Positions 54,344 through 64,000 of a stretch of DNA of 64,000 nt are shown here, in pieces. This DNA comes from Candidatus Hydrogenedentota bacterium. GTDB taxonomy: Bacteria > Hydrogenedentota > Hydrogenedentia > Hydrogenedentales > SLHB01. The notes beneath the pieces are model-generated. The model had not been told where the DNA came from, ran no database searches, and saw only the letters and a list, made by a program, of their open reading frames with translations. The position numbers were made by a program, and so were the translations under genes. Numbering within the stretch: the stretch's first letter is position 1; the number at the start of each line of letters is the position of its first letter. Location: the NCBI GenBank assembly GCA_045863335.1, contig BTVY01000004.1:64001-128000 (forward strand). Direction: 5' to 3'.

Positions 54344-55132
54344 ATGAACATTCATCCAACGGCAATCATCGACCCTAAAGCCGAACTGGCGGACGATGTC
54401 GAGGTCCAGGCGTTCAGCATTGTCGGTCCCCACGTTCGAATCGGTGCGGGTACCATTGTCGGTCCCCACTGCGTCATCGAAGGCCGGACGATTCTGGGCG
54501 AACGTAACCGCTTATACTCCGGCGCGCAGGTGGGGGTAGTTTCCCAGGACCTCAAGCAGAAGCCGGAGTGCATCGGCCGCCTCGAAATCGGCAGCGGCAA
54601 CGTGATACGCGAGCATGCGACCATTAGCGCCAGTACGATGAGCAGTTACGAGGAAGAGCATCGCGTTACCACAATCGGCGACAACTGCCTCCTCATGACC
54701 TGCGCCCACGTGGGACACGACTGCTCGGTAGGAGACCACGTCATTCTGGCCAATTGCGTGGCCCTCGCCGGCCATGTGAAAGTCGAAGACCGGGCCATCA
54801 TCGGCGGTTTGAGCGCGATCCATCAGTTTTGCGTCGTTGGGCGGTTGGCGATGATCGGCGGGCTGAGCCGTGTGTGGCACGACGCGCCTCCTTACATGAT
54901 CATCGATGGGAATCCAGCGCGGTGCAAGGGACCCAATACGGTTGGTTTGCAGCGCAATGGGCTGACCGACGACGCCCGGTCGGCCATCAAGACGATGTAC
55001 AAGATCATGTTTCGATCGACGTTGAATACGACCCAAGCGATTCACGAAATTGAGGCGACCGTTGAAGACTGTCCGGAGCGCAGCCATTTCCTGGACTTTA
55101 TTGGCAATTCCATTCGAGGCATAACGAAGTAG
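54344..55132 (+). CDS. lpxA: UDP-GlcNAc(3N) acyltransferase
   Basis: IHPTAII, hexapeptide repeats, QDLK, IRE, HVGHDC, LAGHV, IHQF. Confidence 0.95.
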   Translation: MNIHPTAIIDPKAELADDVEVQAFSIVGPHVRIGAGTIVGPHCVIEGRTILGERNRLYSGAQVGVVSQDLKQKPECIGRLEIGSGNVIREHATISASTMSSYEEEHRVTTIGDNCLLMTCAHVGHDCSVGDHVILANCVALAGHVKVEDRAIIGGLSAIHQFCVVGRLAMIGGLSRVWHDAPPYMIIDGNPARCKGPNTVGLQRNGLTDDARSAIKTMYKIMFRSTLNTTQAIHEIEATVEDCPERSHFLDFIGNSIRGITK

Positions 55133-55289
55133 GTTCGTCACAGGTTTAGCAACACCTGAATCTCCAGACCGCGTATTGCGGACGCATCCGCAATACATCA
55201 GATAGTGGACTTTGAGCGGTCATCGGAAACCATAACCAGTACCAAGCGGAGCCGCGAGGTTCCGCGCGATACCCCGAAGGGCATCTCAC

Positions 55290-56243
55290 ATGCATCCCGT
55301 TCGCGTCGGCGTCGTCGGCGTCGGCCACCTAGGTTACCACCACGCGCGAAATTACGCGGCACTCGACAATGTCGTGTTGGCCGGCGTGGTGGATACGCAT
55401 GCGGAACGCCTGGCAAAGGCCGCGCAAGATTTCAACGCTCCAGGGTTCTCCACCGTATCCGAATTGCTCAAAGAAGGGGTTGATGCAGTCTCCGTGGTGG
55501 TGCCCACCAGCGCGCATCACGACGCGACCATCGCGCTGCTGGAAGCCGGGATAGACGTCCTCGTCGAGAAACCTATCGCGTCCACCATGGCCGAGGCCGA
55601 ACGCATGGTCTCGTCCGCCAGGGCTCACAATCGGCTATTGCAGGTCGGGCACATCGAGCGGTTCAACGGGGCTGTGGTGGCGCTGTTCGGGTCCGTGCGG
55701 GAGCCGCGATTCATCGAATGCCACCGGTTGAGTCCCTATCCGAATCGCGGCGAGGACGTGAGCGTGGTCTTGGATCTCATGATCCACGATCTTGAAATCG
55801 TGCGCGCGTTGGTTGGGGAACCCGTGACGGCCGTGGACGCCGTGGGCGTTCCCGTGTTCTCGAAACAGGAGGACATTGCCAACGCGCGAATTCGGTTTGC
55901 TTCAGGGTGTGTTGCGAATATCACGTGCAGCCGTGTGTCCGTCGAGCGCATGCGCAAGATTCGGATCTTCGCCCGGGAAAGCTACGTGTCCACCGATTAC
56001 AGCGCCCAGGAAGTGCTGGTCTACAGAAAGAAACCAGGGCCCCTCGAAGAGGGCATGACCCCCATGGATCTCATCTCCGTAGAGCCCTTGGACGTCCACA
56101 AGGATGAACCGCTGAAACTGGAACTCGCTTCGTTTGTACAGTGCGTGCGGGAACGCCGCCGTCCCCTGGTCTCCGGAGAGGACGCATTGGAAGCATTGGC
56201 CCTGGCGCAACAGGTGGTGGATTTCATCCGGGAGCATCCGTGA
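55290..56243 (+). CDS. gnnA: Gfo/Idh/MocA oxidoreductase, probable UDP-GlcNAc 3-dehydrogenase
   Basis: GVGHLG..H, VEKPI, VGHIERFN, DVSVVLDLMIHD; located between lpxA and lpxB. Confidence 0.75.
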   Translation: MHPVRVGVVGVGHLGYHHARNYAALDNVVLAGVVDTHAERLAKAAQDFNAPGFSTVSELLKEGVDAVSVVVPTSAHHDATIALLEAGIDVLVEKPIASTMAEAERMVSSARAHNRLLQVGHIERFNGAVVALFGSVREPRFIECHRLSPYPNRGEDVSVVLDLMIHDLEIVRALVGEPVTAVDAVGVPVFSKQEDIANARIRFASGCVANITCSRVSVERMRKIRIFARESYVSTDYSAQEVLVYRKKPGPLEEGMTPMDLISVEPLDVHKDEPLKLELASFVQCVRERRRPLVSGEDALEALALAQQVVDFIREHP

Positions 56244-57358
56244 CGCGCATCTTCTTCTCAGCGGGAGAATCGTCGGGCGACATGCACGGGGCCAACCTGA
56301 TACGCGCGCTGAAGGAACTGGATCCGGCCCTCGAATGTGTCGGTCTCGGCGGCAAGCGCATGGAAGCCGCCGGCATGGAGTTGAAGCACGACCTCGCGAG
56401 CAATGCCATCATGGGGTTTGTCGAAGTGGTCAAGCACTTCGCGTTTTTCAAGCGGCTCTACGTGGAGACGGTTCGCGGCTTCGAGTATGAAGCGCCGGAC
56501 TGTCTCGTGGTAATCGATTATCCCGGTTTCAACATTCAGATCGCGAAACGGGCCAGCATGCTGGCCATCCCGGTCGTCTGGTACATCAGCCCCCAGGTGT
56601 GGGCCTGGAAACGCGGCCGCGTGCTGACCATCGCGCGCATCGTGGAGAAGATGCTGGTGATTCTGCCTTTTGAGAAGCGGCTATACGATGCCGTTGGCTT
56701 GGACTGTTCCTTCGTGGGGCATCCTCTGCTCGATCACGTCGCCGCGACACCCATCGAAGGGCTCTATCGCGAGGGCATGGTGATTGGTTTGTTGCCGGGA
56801 AGCCGCGAACAGGAGATTGGCCGGCTGTTCGGAACCATGGTTGACGTGGCAAAAGGCATTCGCGAGCAGCATCCGGAGGCGCGTTTCGTTGTGCCATGTG
56901 TCGATGAAGCGCGGCAGGAGCAGATACGATCGATCGCCGGGGACTTTCCCATTGAAACGGTAATTGGCAAGACCTATGAAGTGCTGGACGGCGCGCGGTT
57001 CTGCCTGGTCGCATCCGGGACCGCCACCGTGGAAACCACGCTCTTCGGCGTGCCCATGGTTATCCTGTATCGCGTGGCGCCGATAACCTATTGGCTGGCG
57101 CGCATGCTGGTACGCATCGACCATATCGGCCTGGTCAATATTCTCGCGGGCAAACGCATCGTGCCGGAGTTCGTTCAGCACGATGCCGCTCCGTCGAACA
57201 TTCTCCCGGTAGCGATTGAACTGATCGCCGACGGACCCAGGCGGGAGCAGATGCTCGCGGAACTACGCGCCGTACGAGACGCGTTGGGAGAAGCCGGGGC
57301 GAGTAAACGCGCGGCCGAACAAATCCTGGCAGTCGCCGGAAAGGGGAGCCATGGCTGA
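56240..57358 (+). CDS. lpxB: Lipid-A-disaccharide synthase
   Basis: AGESSGD.HG, IDYPGFN, PQVWAW, FVGHPL, LPGSR, SGTAT. Confidence 0.96.
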   Translation: MTRIFFSAGESSGDMHGANLIRALKELDPALECVGLGGKRMEAAGMELKHDLASNAIMGFVEVVKHFAFFKRLYVETVRGFEYEAPDCLVVIDYPGFNIQIAKRASMLAIPVVWYISPQVWAWKRGRVLTIARIVEKMLVILPFEKRLYDAVGLDCSFVGHPLLDHVAATPIEGLYREGMVIGLLPGSREQEIGRLFGTMVDVAKGIREQHPEARFVVPCVDEARQEQIRSIAGDFPIETVIGKTYEVLDGARFCLVASGTATVETTLFGVPMVILYRVAPITYWLARMLVRIDHIGLVNILAGKRIVPEFVQHDAAPSNILPVAIELIADGPRREQMLAELRAVRDALGEAGASKRAAEQILAVAGKGSHG

Positions 57359-60047
57359 TCGGCTGTTTCTCATCGATGCCAGTGCCTTTGCATACCGGTC
57401 GTTTTTTGCCATTCGGAACCTGACCAACTCGAAGGGGCAGCCAACCAACGCAGTCTACGGGTTTGCGCGCATCCTGCTGAAACTCCTTCGCGAACACGAT
57501 CCGAGCCATATTGCCGTCGTGTTCGACGCCCCGGGGAAGACCTTTCGAGACGAGCTTTACCCTGAATACAAGGCTAATCGCGAGGCCATGCCCGAAGAAC
57601 TGTCTTCCCAGTTTCCGCTCATTCGAGATTTGGTCGCCGCCTTTAACATCCCCATGTTTTCCCAGCAAGGGGTGGAAGCGGATGACATCATGGGTACGCT
57701 CGCGCAACGCGCCGCGAAGGAGAATGTGGAGACGATCCTCGTCACCGGCGATAAAGACATGCTTCAGCTCGTCGGTGGTAAAACCAAAGTGTACGACCCC
57801 AGCAAGGGAGACAATGGCGCTTGGTACGGAACTGACGAAGTCCGCGAACGCTTTGGTTGCGATCCGGAACACGTGATCGACGCGTTGGCCTTGATGGGGG
57901 ACACGGCGGACAACGTGCCGGGGGTCCGGGGCATCGGTCCCAAGACGGCCAAGACGCTGATGGAGAAGTACGGATCCCTGGAATCGCTTTACGAGCACAT
58001 CGACGAAATCAAGGGCAAGCAGCGCGAGAAACTCGAGGCCGACAAGGAAACGGCGTGGCTGAGCCGCGAACTCGTCACGATTAAGACAGACGTGGACCTC
58101 CCGTTGGGAATCGAGGATTGCCGCCGTGGCGAAGAGGATCGGGCTAAGCTGGCGGAGGCGTTTCACGCACTCGAGTTTCAGTCACTGCTTGAAGAGTACT
58201 TGCCGGATGCGGCCGAAGTCGAAACCACCTCGTACCGGTTAATCCTGACGCGAGAACAATTGGAAAACGTCCTCGCGGAAATGCGGGCATCCGGAGCCTT
58301 TGCACTCGATACGGAAACCACGTCAACCGACCCCATGCGCGCCGAATTGGTCGGGGTATCCATGAGTTGCGCAACGGCCACGGGCTGCTACATTCCGGTC
58401 GGCCACACTGCGGAGCGCATGAAGGCTGTTTCAGCCCCTTCGAACGAGACACTTCTGGACCGCAAGACGGCCATCGAAATGCTGCGTCCGCTGCTGCAAG
58501 ACCCCGGGGTCACCAAGGTCGGCCATAACATCAAGTATGACATGGTCGTACTCGAGCGCGCGGGCATTCGGATCGACGGAGTCGGGCTGGATACGATGGT
58601 AGCGTCGTATTTGACAGATGCCGGGCGGATGAGGCATAATCTGGAAGAAGTCAGTCTCCACTACCTCAAGCGCAAAATGATCCCCATATCCGATTTGATC
58701 GGTAAGGGATCGAAAGCGGTAACCTTCGATACCGTTCCACTGGAAAAGGCGTGTGAGTACGCCGCCGAGGACGCGGATATCACGTGGCGCCTCTCCGAGG
58801 TCTTCCAGCCGCTGCTCAGCGAACGGGGGTTGTGGGAGTTGTTCGACCGGGTTGAACGGCCGCTGATCGGCGTTCTCGCCCGGATGGAGCAAGCTGGCGT
58901 CGGGGTTGACCTGCACCTCTTTGAGGAGCTTCAAAAGGAAGTTGAGGGACGGCTCAAGAGCCTGGAAGCGGAGATACACCAGGTAGCCGGAGAACCCTTC
59001 CAGATAAATTCGCCCAAGCAATTGCAGGTGATCCTGTTCGAGAAGCTCGGGCTCAAGCCAATCCGAAAAACGAAGACCGGATTCTCCACCGATGTGGAAG
59101 TGCTCGAGGTTCTTGCACACGAGCATCCCTTGCCCGAAAAGATTTTGGAGTATCGGATTCTCGAAAAACTCCGGGGAACCTACATCGAAGCGTTGCCCAA
59201 GCTGGTGCATCCGGCAACCGGGCGTATACATACTTCGTTCAATCAGGCCGTTGCGGCGACCGGGCGCCTATCCAGTAGCGACCCGAACCTGCAGAACATT
59301 CCGGTCCGGACCGAAATCGGAAAGCGCATTCGCGAAGGATTCGTACCGCGGGATGCGGGCAGGAAGCTGATTTCGGCGGATTACTCTCAAATTGAATTGC
59401 GAATCCTGGCCCACCTCTCGGGGGACGCCCATCTCAAAGAAGCGTTCATGCACGATGCCGACATCCATCAGGAAACAGCGGCGCGCGTGTTCGGAATCAT
59501 GCCGGAACTGGTAACCCCGGAGATGCGTCGCCAGGCCAAGGCGGTGAACTTCGGCGTGATCTACGGGATCAGTGCGTTTGGTTTGTCACGGAATCTCGGG
59601 ATCACCAATGCGGAGGCCGCCCGGTTCATTGACCACTATTTCGAGAAGTATCCGGGGGTACGCGCCTGGATCGATGCGACCCTGCGACAGGCGGCCAAGG
59701 ACGGGTATGTAGAAACCTTGCTCAAACGGCGGCGCTATGTGCCGGAATTGACCTCCCGAAACGTGAGTATGCGCCGCGCGGCGGAACGCATCGCGACCAA
59801 TACGCCGGTACAGGGAAGCGCGGCGGATGTAATCAAGCTCGCCATGATTCGGCTCGACGAAGCCTTGGAGGGGACCGACGCTCAACTGATCCTCCAGGTT
59901 CATGACGAATTGGTGGTGGAAGCCCCTGAAGACACGGTCCAAGCCGTCGCGGGCACGATGAAGCGGATCATGGAGGACGCAATAGAATTGAACGTCCCAC
60001 TCAAAGTGGATGTGGGCATCGGGGACAACTGGGCGGAAATTCACTAA
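57351..60047 (+). CDS. polA: DNA polymerase I
   Basis: 5'-3' exonuclease, 3'-5' exonuclease (DTET), TGRLSS.DPNLQNIP, DYSQIELR, QVHDE. Confidence 0.98.
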   Translation: MADRLFLIDASAFAYRSFFAIRNLTNSKGQPTNAVYGFARILLKLLREHDPSHIAVVFDAPGKTFRDELYPEYKANREAMPEELSSQFPLIRDLVAAFNIPMFSQQGVEADDIMGTLAQRAAKENVETILVTGDKDMLQLVGGKTKVYDPSKGDNGAWYGTDEVRERFGCDPEHVIDALALMGDTADNVPGVRGIGPKTAKTLMEKYGSLESLYEHIDEIKGKQREKLEADKETAWLSRELVTIKTDVDLPLGIEDCRRGEEDRAKLAEAFHALEFQSLLEEYLPDAAEVETTSYRLILTREQLENVLAEMRASGAFALDTETTSTDPMRAELVGVSMSCATATGCYIPVGHTAERMKAVSAPSNETLLDRKTAIEMLRPLLQDPGVTKVGHNIKYDMVVLERAGIRIDGVGLDTMVASYLTDAGRMRHNLEEVSLHYLKRKMIPISDLIGKGSKAVTFDTVPLEKACEYAAEDADITWRLSEVFQPLLSERGLWELFDRVERPLIGVLARMEQAGVGVDLHLFEELQKEVEGRLKSLEAEIHQVAGEPFQINSPKQLQVILFEKLGLKPIRKTKTGFSTDVEVLEVLAHEHPLPEKILEYRILEKLRGTYIEALPKLVHPATGRIHTSFNQAVAATGRLSSSDPNLQNIPVRTEIGKRIREGFVPRDAGRKLISADYSQIELRILAHLSGDAHLKEAFMHDADIHQETAARVFGIMPELVTPEMRRQAKAVNFGVIYGISAFGLSRNLGITNAEAARFIDHYFEKYPGVRAWIDATLRQAAKDGYVETLLKRRRYVPELTSRNVSMRRAAERIATNTPVQGSAADVIKLAMIRLDEALEGTDAQLILQVHDELVVEAPEDTVQAVAGTMKRIMEDAIELNVPLKVDVGIGDNWAEIH

Positions 60048-60175
60048 CCCGAGACGCGCCGTGCGTCGACAGTTCGTGGGCGCGCGGGCGGCACCAATAC
60101 AAGGCATTGACAACGTTTGAAAACCTTGCGCCGTAGCGCGCCACCCAAACACTGGACATTACGAAAGGATGATGA

Positions 60176-61630
60176 ATGGCTGACAGAACGGTTAACGACA
60201 AGTCGCATTCGAGGCCCCGGGGGAAGCCCAAACGCTCCAACTCGGGAGGGCCGGGCCGAGGCCCATCGCGCGGTGGCCGCGATCACGGACGTGACCGGGA
60301 TCGGCGCCCGTCGGCACCGGTGGTCGACGTAGCCAATGATCCGGAAAGCGAGATTCAGGCGAGTTCGAACGGTCCGGAGATCGCGATCGGTGACTTGAAG
60401 CGCATGACGATGACGGAACTGGCCGATACGGCCCGCCACCTGAACGTCGAAGGATACAGCGGCCTCAAGAAGCAGGATCTAATATTCCGCATTTTGCAGC
60501 AGAGCATCGAAGCGACCGGTTCGCTGTACGGCGAAGGCACGCTCGAGATTCTGCCGGACGGCTTCGGCTTCCTGCGATCGGGCGACTACTCTTATCTGCC
60601 GGGGCCGGATGACATCTACGTGTCGCCCTCGCAGATTCGCAAATTCGCACTCCGGACCGGCGACACGATTCAAGGTCACGTGCGGCCGCCGAAGGAAGGC
60701 GAGCGGTATTTCGCCTTGCTGAAAGTCGAGGCGGTGAACTACGAAAGCCCCGACGTCGCCCGCGAACGCATCCTCTTCGACAACCTGACGCCCCTCCACC
60801 CGAACGAGCGCCTCGTCCTTGAAACCGAGCAGAAAGAAGTGGCCATGCGCATCATGGACCTCATCTCGCCAATCGGTAAGGGGCAACGCGGCCTCATCGT
60901 GGCGGCGCCGTTCACTGGCAAGACGGTCCTTCTGCAAAAGATCGCCAACAGCATCGGCATCAATCATCCCGAAGCGCACGTCATCGTGCTGCTCATCGAC
61001 GAGCGACCCGAGGAAGTGACGGACATGTCGCGGTCGGTGAAGGGCGAGGTTATCGCGTCGACCTTCGACGAACCGCCCGAGCGCCACGTGCAAGTCGCCG
61101 AGATGGTGCTGGAAAAGGCGAAGCGCCTGGTCGAGCACAAGCGCGACGTGATCATCCTCCTGGACTCGATCACCCGTCTCGCCCGCGCGTACAACGTGAT
61201 CGTGCCTGCCAGCGGCAAGGTGCTATCCGGCGGTGTGGATGCGAATGCCTTGCAGCGCCCGAAACGGTTCTTCGGCGCAGCCCGCAATATCGAAGAAGGC
61301 GGAAGCCTGACGATCCTCGCCACGGCGCTGGTCGAAACCGGCAGCCGTATGGACGACGTCATCTTCGAAGAGTTCAAAGGCACGGGCAACATGGAGATCC
61401 ATCTGGATCGCCGCCTCATGGAGAAGCGCATCTTCCCGGCCCTGGACGTGCTCAAGTCGCGTACGCGTAAGGAAGAGTTGCTCATCGCCGAAGACGAGTT
61501 GCAGCGCATCTGGCTGTTGCTGAAAGTGCTCAGCCCGCTCAGTGTCACGGAAGCAACGGAATTGCTCATCGACAAGCTGAGAAAGACCAAGACCAATTCC
61601 GACTTCTTGTCGATGATGCAGAAGATGTAG
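60176..61630 (+). CDS. rho: Transcription termination factor Rho
   Basis: [41 protein letters not shown]. Confidence 0.98.
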   Translation: MADRTVNDKSHSRPRGKPKRSNSGGPGRGPSRGGRDHGRDRDRRPSAPVVDVANDPESEIQASSNGPEIAIGDLKRMTMTELADTARHLNVEGYSGLKKQDLIFRILQQSIEATGSLYGEGTLEILPDGFGFLRSGDYSYLPGPDDIYVSPSQIRKFALRTGDTIQGHVRPPKEGERYFALLKVEAVNYESPDVARERILFDNLTPLHPNERLVLETEQKEVAMRIMDLISPIGKGQRGLIVAAPFTGKTVLLQKIANSIGINHPEAHVIVLLIDERPEEVTDMSRSVKGEVIASTFDEPPERHVQVAEMVLEKAKRLVEHKRDVIILLDSITRLARAYNVIVPASGKVLSGGVDANALQRPKRFFGAARNIEEGGSLTILATALVETGSRMDDVIFEEFKGTGNMEIHLDRRLMEKRIFPALDVLKSRTRKEELLIAEDELQRIWLLLKVLSPLSVTEATELLIDKLRKTKTNSDFLSMMQKM

Positions 61631-61662
61631 GTTCGGCCCGGGGGAAATCCGAGGTTGAGAAG

Positions 61663-62625
61663 CTAGGTGTTTCCGGCGTCGCCGGTGCGCGCGTGGCGAT
61701 CGAACCATGCGCACGCTGCGTGTGGCAGGTCTTCGTGACCGCCGTCGAAAACGGTAAGCCGGGAGGCTCCGGCCGACCGCCGGAAATAGATCGGGCGATC
61801 GTAAGACGGATCGGACCGATCGGTCGGATCCGTCCGATCGGCCAAGCCAAGGGTATTCCGCGCGAGGATCAACTCGAGTTCTTCATTGGAGATGGCCGGT
61901 CCATCTACAGACTTCGCGAGCGCGTTGAATGCCCACACGCTGTGCTGTACACCGATTCCTCGGGGTTGGCCGTCGTGAATGCCATGGGCGATATCGACGG
62001 GTAGCCCCGCCGCTTTGTCCATGTGGAACACAGGCGACCGATAGTGCAATTCGCGATCGACTTCTGCCGAGGACCCCGGCGCGCCTCCGGCGACTTTCTC
62101 CACGTGGCGGTAGGCTTTGGCGTCCATCACCCTGCATTCGGCGTGAAAAGCGGCTAAGTCGGTGATGGAACACCAAGCTGACACGGCAGCCCAGCGGTCC
62201 GGTGCTTCTCCCGCCATGATGAGCGCCATGTGACCGCCACCCGAGCACCCGCCCACGTAGATACGATTCGCGTCGACCTCGTGATTTGCGCAAGCCCAGT
62301 CCACGGCATCCAGTACATCCTGCCGGGCGAGCGGGGAGGCGCAGGCTTGCGGGCGGCGATTGGGTCCACGAAAATCCGGCGCGAGAAAATGCCAGTTTCG
62401 TTTGGCCGCCTCGACCTGCCACGGCGTGGAATCGAAATCATAGTGATGCCGCCACGGATGGAGGTAAATCAGAAGGGGTTGCGGACCGTCGATTCTCGCG
62501 GGCATGAAGAGGCACGGTTGCCGGTGACGATCAACCGTACTTTGCACTCGGATGGTGTACCGTGCGGCGGTTGCGGAAACCTTGTCGCGCTTGCGCAAGC
62601 CCAGTTTTTGAAGCAACCGCTTCAC
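61663..62625 (-). CDS. Alpha/beta hydrolase (S9 peptidase-like)
   Basis: PLLIYLH.W, GCSGGG, HG.HD, FDGGHE. Start uncertain. Confidence 0.8.
   Translation of the reverse strand: MKRLLQKLGLRKRDKVSATAARYTIRVQSTVDRHRQPCLFMPARIDGPQPLLIYLHPWRHHYDFDSTPWQVEAAKRNWHFLAPDFRGPNRRPQACASPLARQDVLDAVDWACANHEVDANRIYVGGCSGGGHMALIMAGEAPDRWAAVSAWCSITDLAAFHAECRVMDAKAYRHVEKVAGGAPGSSAEVDRELHYRSPVFHMDKAAGLPVDIAHGIHDGQPRGIGVQHSVWAFNALAKSVDGPAISNEELELILARNTLGLADRTDPTDRSDPSYDRPIYFRRSAGASRLTVFDGGHEDLPHAACAWFDRHARTGDAGNT
61805..61841. repeat. Intragenic copy of the GATCGGACCGATC palindrome
   Basis: GACGGATCGGACCGATCGGTCGGATCCGTC; translated as DRTDPTDRSDPS. Confidence 0.85.
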
Positions 62626-62635
62626 CGGGGGGACG

Positions 62636-63289
62636 TCATCCGCCCCGCGCGGCGCGCACCGCGTCGGCAAAGGCGCGAGCGTTCTTGGTGATGCCGTCGA
62701 AATCGCGCGCGGCCACGAGTTTCTTCGCGACAAGATTCCCGCCGACGCCAAGGGCTACCGCGCCCGCCTTCAGAAACTCACCCACGTTGCCCACTTCTAC
62801 GCCGCCTGTGGGAATGAGCGGAATTTGGGGAAGTGGTCCCTTGATGGCCTTCAGATACTCCGGTCCGCCGATGCTCGCGGGAAACACCTTCACGAAATCC
62901 GACCCTGCTTCCCATGCGGTCAGAATCTCCGTGGGGGTGTAGGCGCCAGCAGCGATCGGCTTTCCGTATCGGCGCGCCATGTGGATCACGGGAATCGACA
63001 GCGTAGGCGTAACAACATACTCCGCGCCGGCGAGGATCGCCATGCGGCACGTTTCCGCATCCAGTACCGTTCCCACACCCAGAAGCACGTCCGCGCCAGC
63101 CAGTTTCTTTGACGCGGTCTCAATACATTCCAGCGCCCCTGGGGTCGTCATGGTCACTTCGATACAGTGGACGCCACCCGCGGCAACGGCCTCCACCACG
63201 CGGACCAGATCGTCACCCCCGGAATCCGCACGGACGACCGCGACAATACATTTCTCGATTAGATAATTGATGGCGTCATACTTGTTCAT
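62636..63289 (-). CDS. eda: KDPG/KHG aldolase
   Basis: AVVR, IEVT, GVGTV, TPTEI, KVFPA, PTGGV. Confidence 0.93.
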   Translation of the reverse strand: MNKYDAINYLIEKCIVAVVRADSGGDDLVRVVEAVAAGGVHCIEVTMTTPGALECIETASKKLAGADVLLGVGTVLDAETCRMAILAGAEYVVTPTLSIPVIHMARRYGKPIAAGAYTPTEILTAWEAGSDFVKVFPASIGGPEYLKAIKGPLPQIPLIPTGGVEVGNVGEFLKAGAVALGVGGNLVAKKLVAARDFDGITKNARAFADAVRAARGG

Positions 63290-63370
63290 GATTTGTTTCC
63301 CCAGTATTGCTGCACGCGCCGCATTCGAACACAGGATCCACCCGCGCTTCAACCGTCGCGCGCCGTGCTC

Positions 63371-64000
63371 CTACCGCTGAGCCCGTTCTACCGGTAGCAC
63401 ACAGCGGAACCCCACCGTAGGTAATGCGCTTTCCGGAAACAATCCTTTCCGCGCGGCGCATCGAAGTTCGTCGGCCTTGGAGTGCCACGACCCGCCACGA
63501 ATCGCCCGCTTTGGCGGACCCGTACGAGCCGCCGCCTCACGACGGGCGGGATCGTAGGGAAGAAACAGGTCGGCCGTCCACTCGTACACGTTTCCCGCCA
63601 GGTCGTACACATTGTCCGGCGTCTTGCCTTCTTCGTGCATGGATACAATGGAGGGCATATTAAGGAAGTCGCGATAGTTCGCTTTGTGGGCGTCCGGTTC
63701 CTGGTGTCCCCAGGGGTACTTTCGGTTTTCCTTGCCGCGTGCCGCGTATTCCCATTGCGCTTCCGAGGGTAACGCCTTCCCGGCCCAGGCGGCGTACGCG
63801 GCCGCGTCCTCCCACGTTACGCCGATGACCGGTTGATCGGCGCCCCGGTAGTCCGGGATGCCCCAGAGCTTGGGATTGGGCCGGCCCGTGGCACGCAGAA
63901 ACTCCTCGAACTGGGCGTTCGTCACGGGATACGCGTCTATGTAAAAGGGCTCCACGGTCATTTCAAATTCAGGCGCTTCATCGGCAATCCCGTTGTTGCC
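63371..64000 (-). CDS. FGE-sulfatase (SUMF1/EgtB) domain protein, 5' part outside the window
   Basis: PVTN, PV..VTW.DA, LPSEAQWEYAARG, DLAGNV.EW, RGGSW, GFRC. Confidence 0.88.
   Translation of the reverse strand, partial: GNNGIADEAPEFEMTVEPFYIDAYPVTNAQFEEFLRATGRPNPKLWGIPDYRGADQPVIGVTWEDAAAYAAWAGKALPSEAQWEYAARGKENRKYPWGHQEPDAHKANYRDFLNMPSIVSMHEEGKTPDNVYDLAGNVYEWTADLFLPYDPARREAAARTGPPKRAIRGGSWHSKADELRCAARKGLFPESALPTVGFRCVLPVERAQR

Noticed and set aside
60176-60370. Basic disordered N-terminal extension of Rho
   Set aside because: Common in Rho proteins from many phyla.
14000-64000. Numerous long antisense or overlapping ORFs (e.g. 15300..16604, 19433..20971, 44264..45298)
   Set aside because: Expected shadows of high-GC3 genes; no motifs.

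Overview
A GC-rich diderm bacterium. Gene style and palindromic repeat families resemble Planctomycetota or Ca. Hydrogenedentota, but that taxonomy is only an impression. The window has three parts. (1) 1-18.6 kb is a mostly lower-GC accessory region. It holds two collinear ~1 kb units, each a triple-XRE HTH gene (-) abutting a comM/yifB 3' fragment (+) that begins exactly at the CPCG motif. The units are 13,188 bp apart and bracket a cassette with no integrase. The cassette carries a DUF1573 protein, a 2,184-aa Sec-signal/TPR/C39-peptidase/Rhs protein with two double-glycine leader motifs, a candidate membrane immunity gene, and a DUF2723/TPR protein. Left of it lies the tail of another cassette (SGNH hydrolase, IS5 remnant, S26-like protein, C45 peptidase). 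(2) 18.9-44 kb holds envelope, metabolic and signalling genes. These include a C25 peptidase - Ser/Thr kinase - FHA/GAF sigma-54 activator - ELWxxDGT run that ends in a sigma-54 promoter driving a structured RNA and a small ORF. (3) 44-64 kb is mostly core genome (yicC, gmk, rpoZ, coaBC, xerD, ompA-like, lpxA-gnnA-lpxB, polA, rho, eda), plus a repeat-flanked GxxExxY cassette. Several short palindromic elements sit in frame inside genes. No rRNA, tRNA or CRISPR array was seen. All family calls come from motif recognition by eye; no database was searched.
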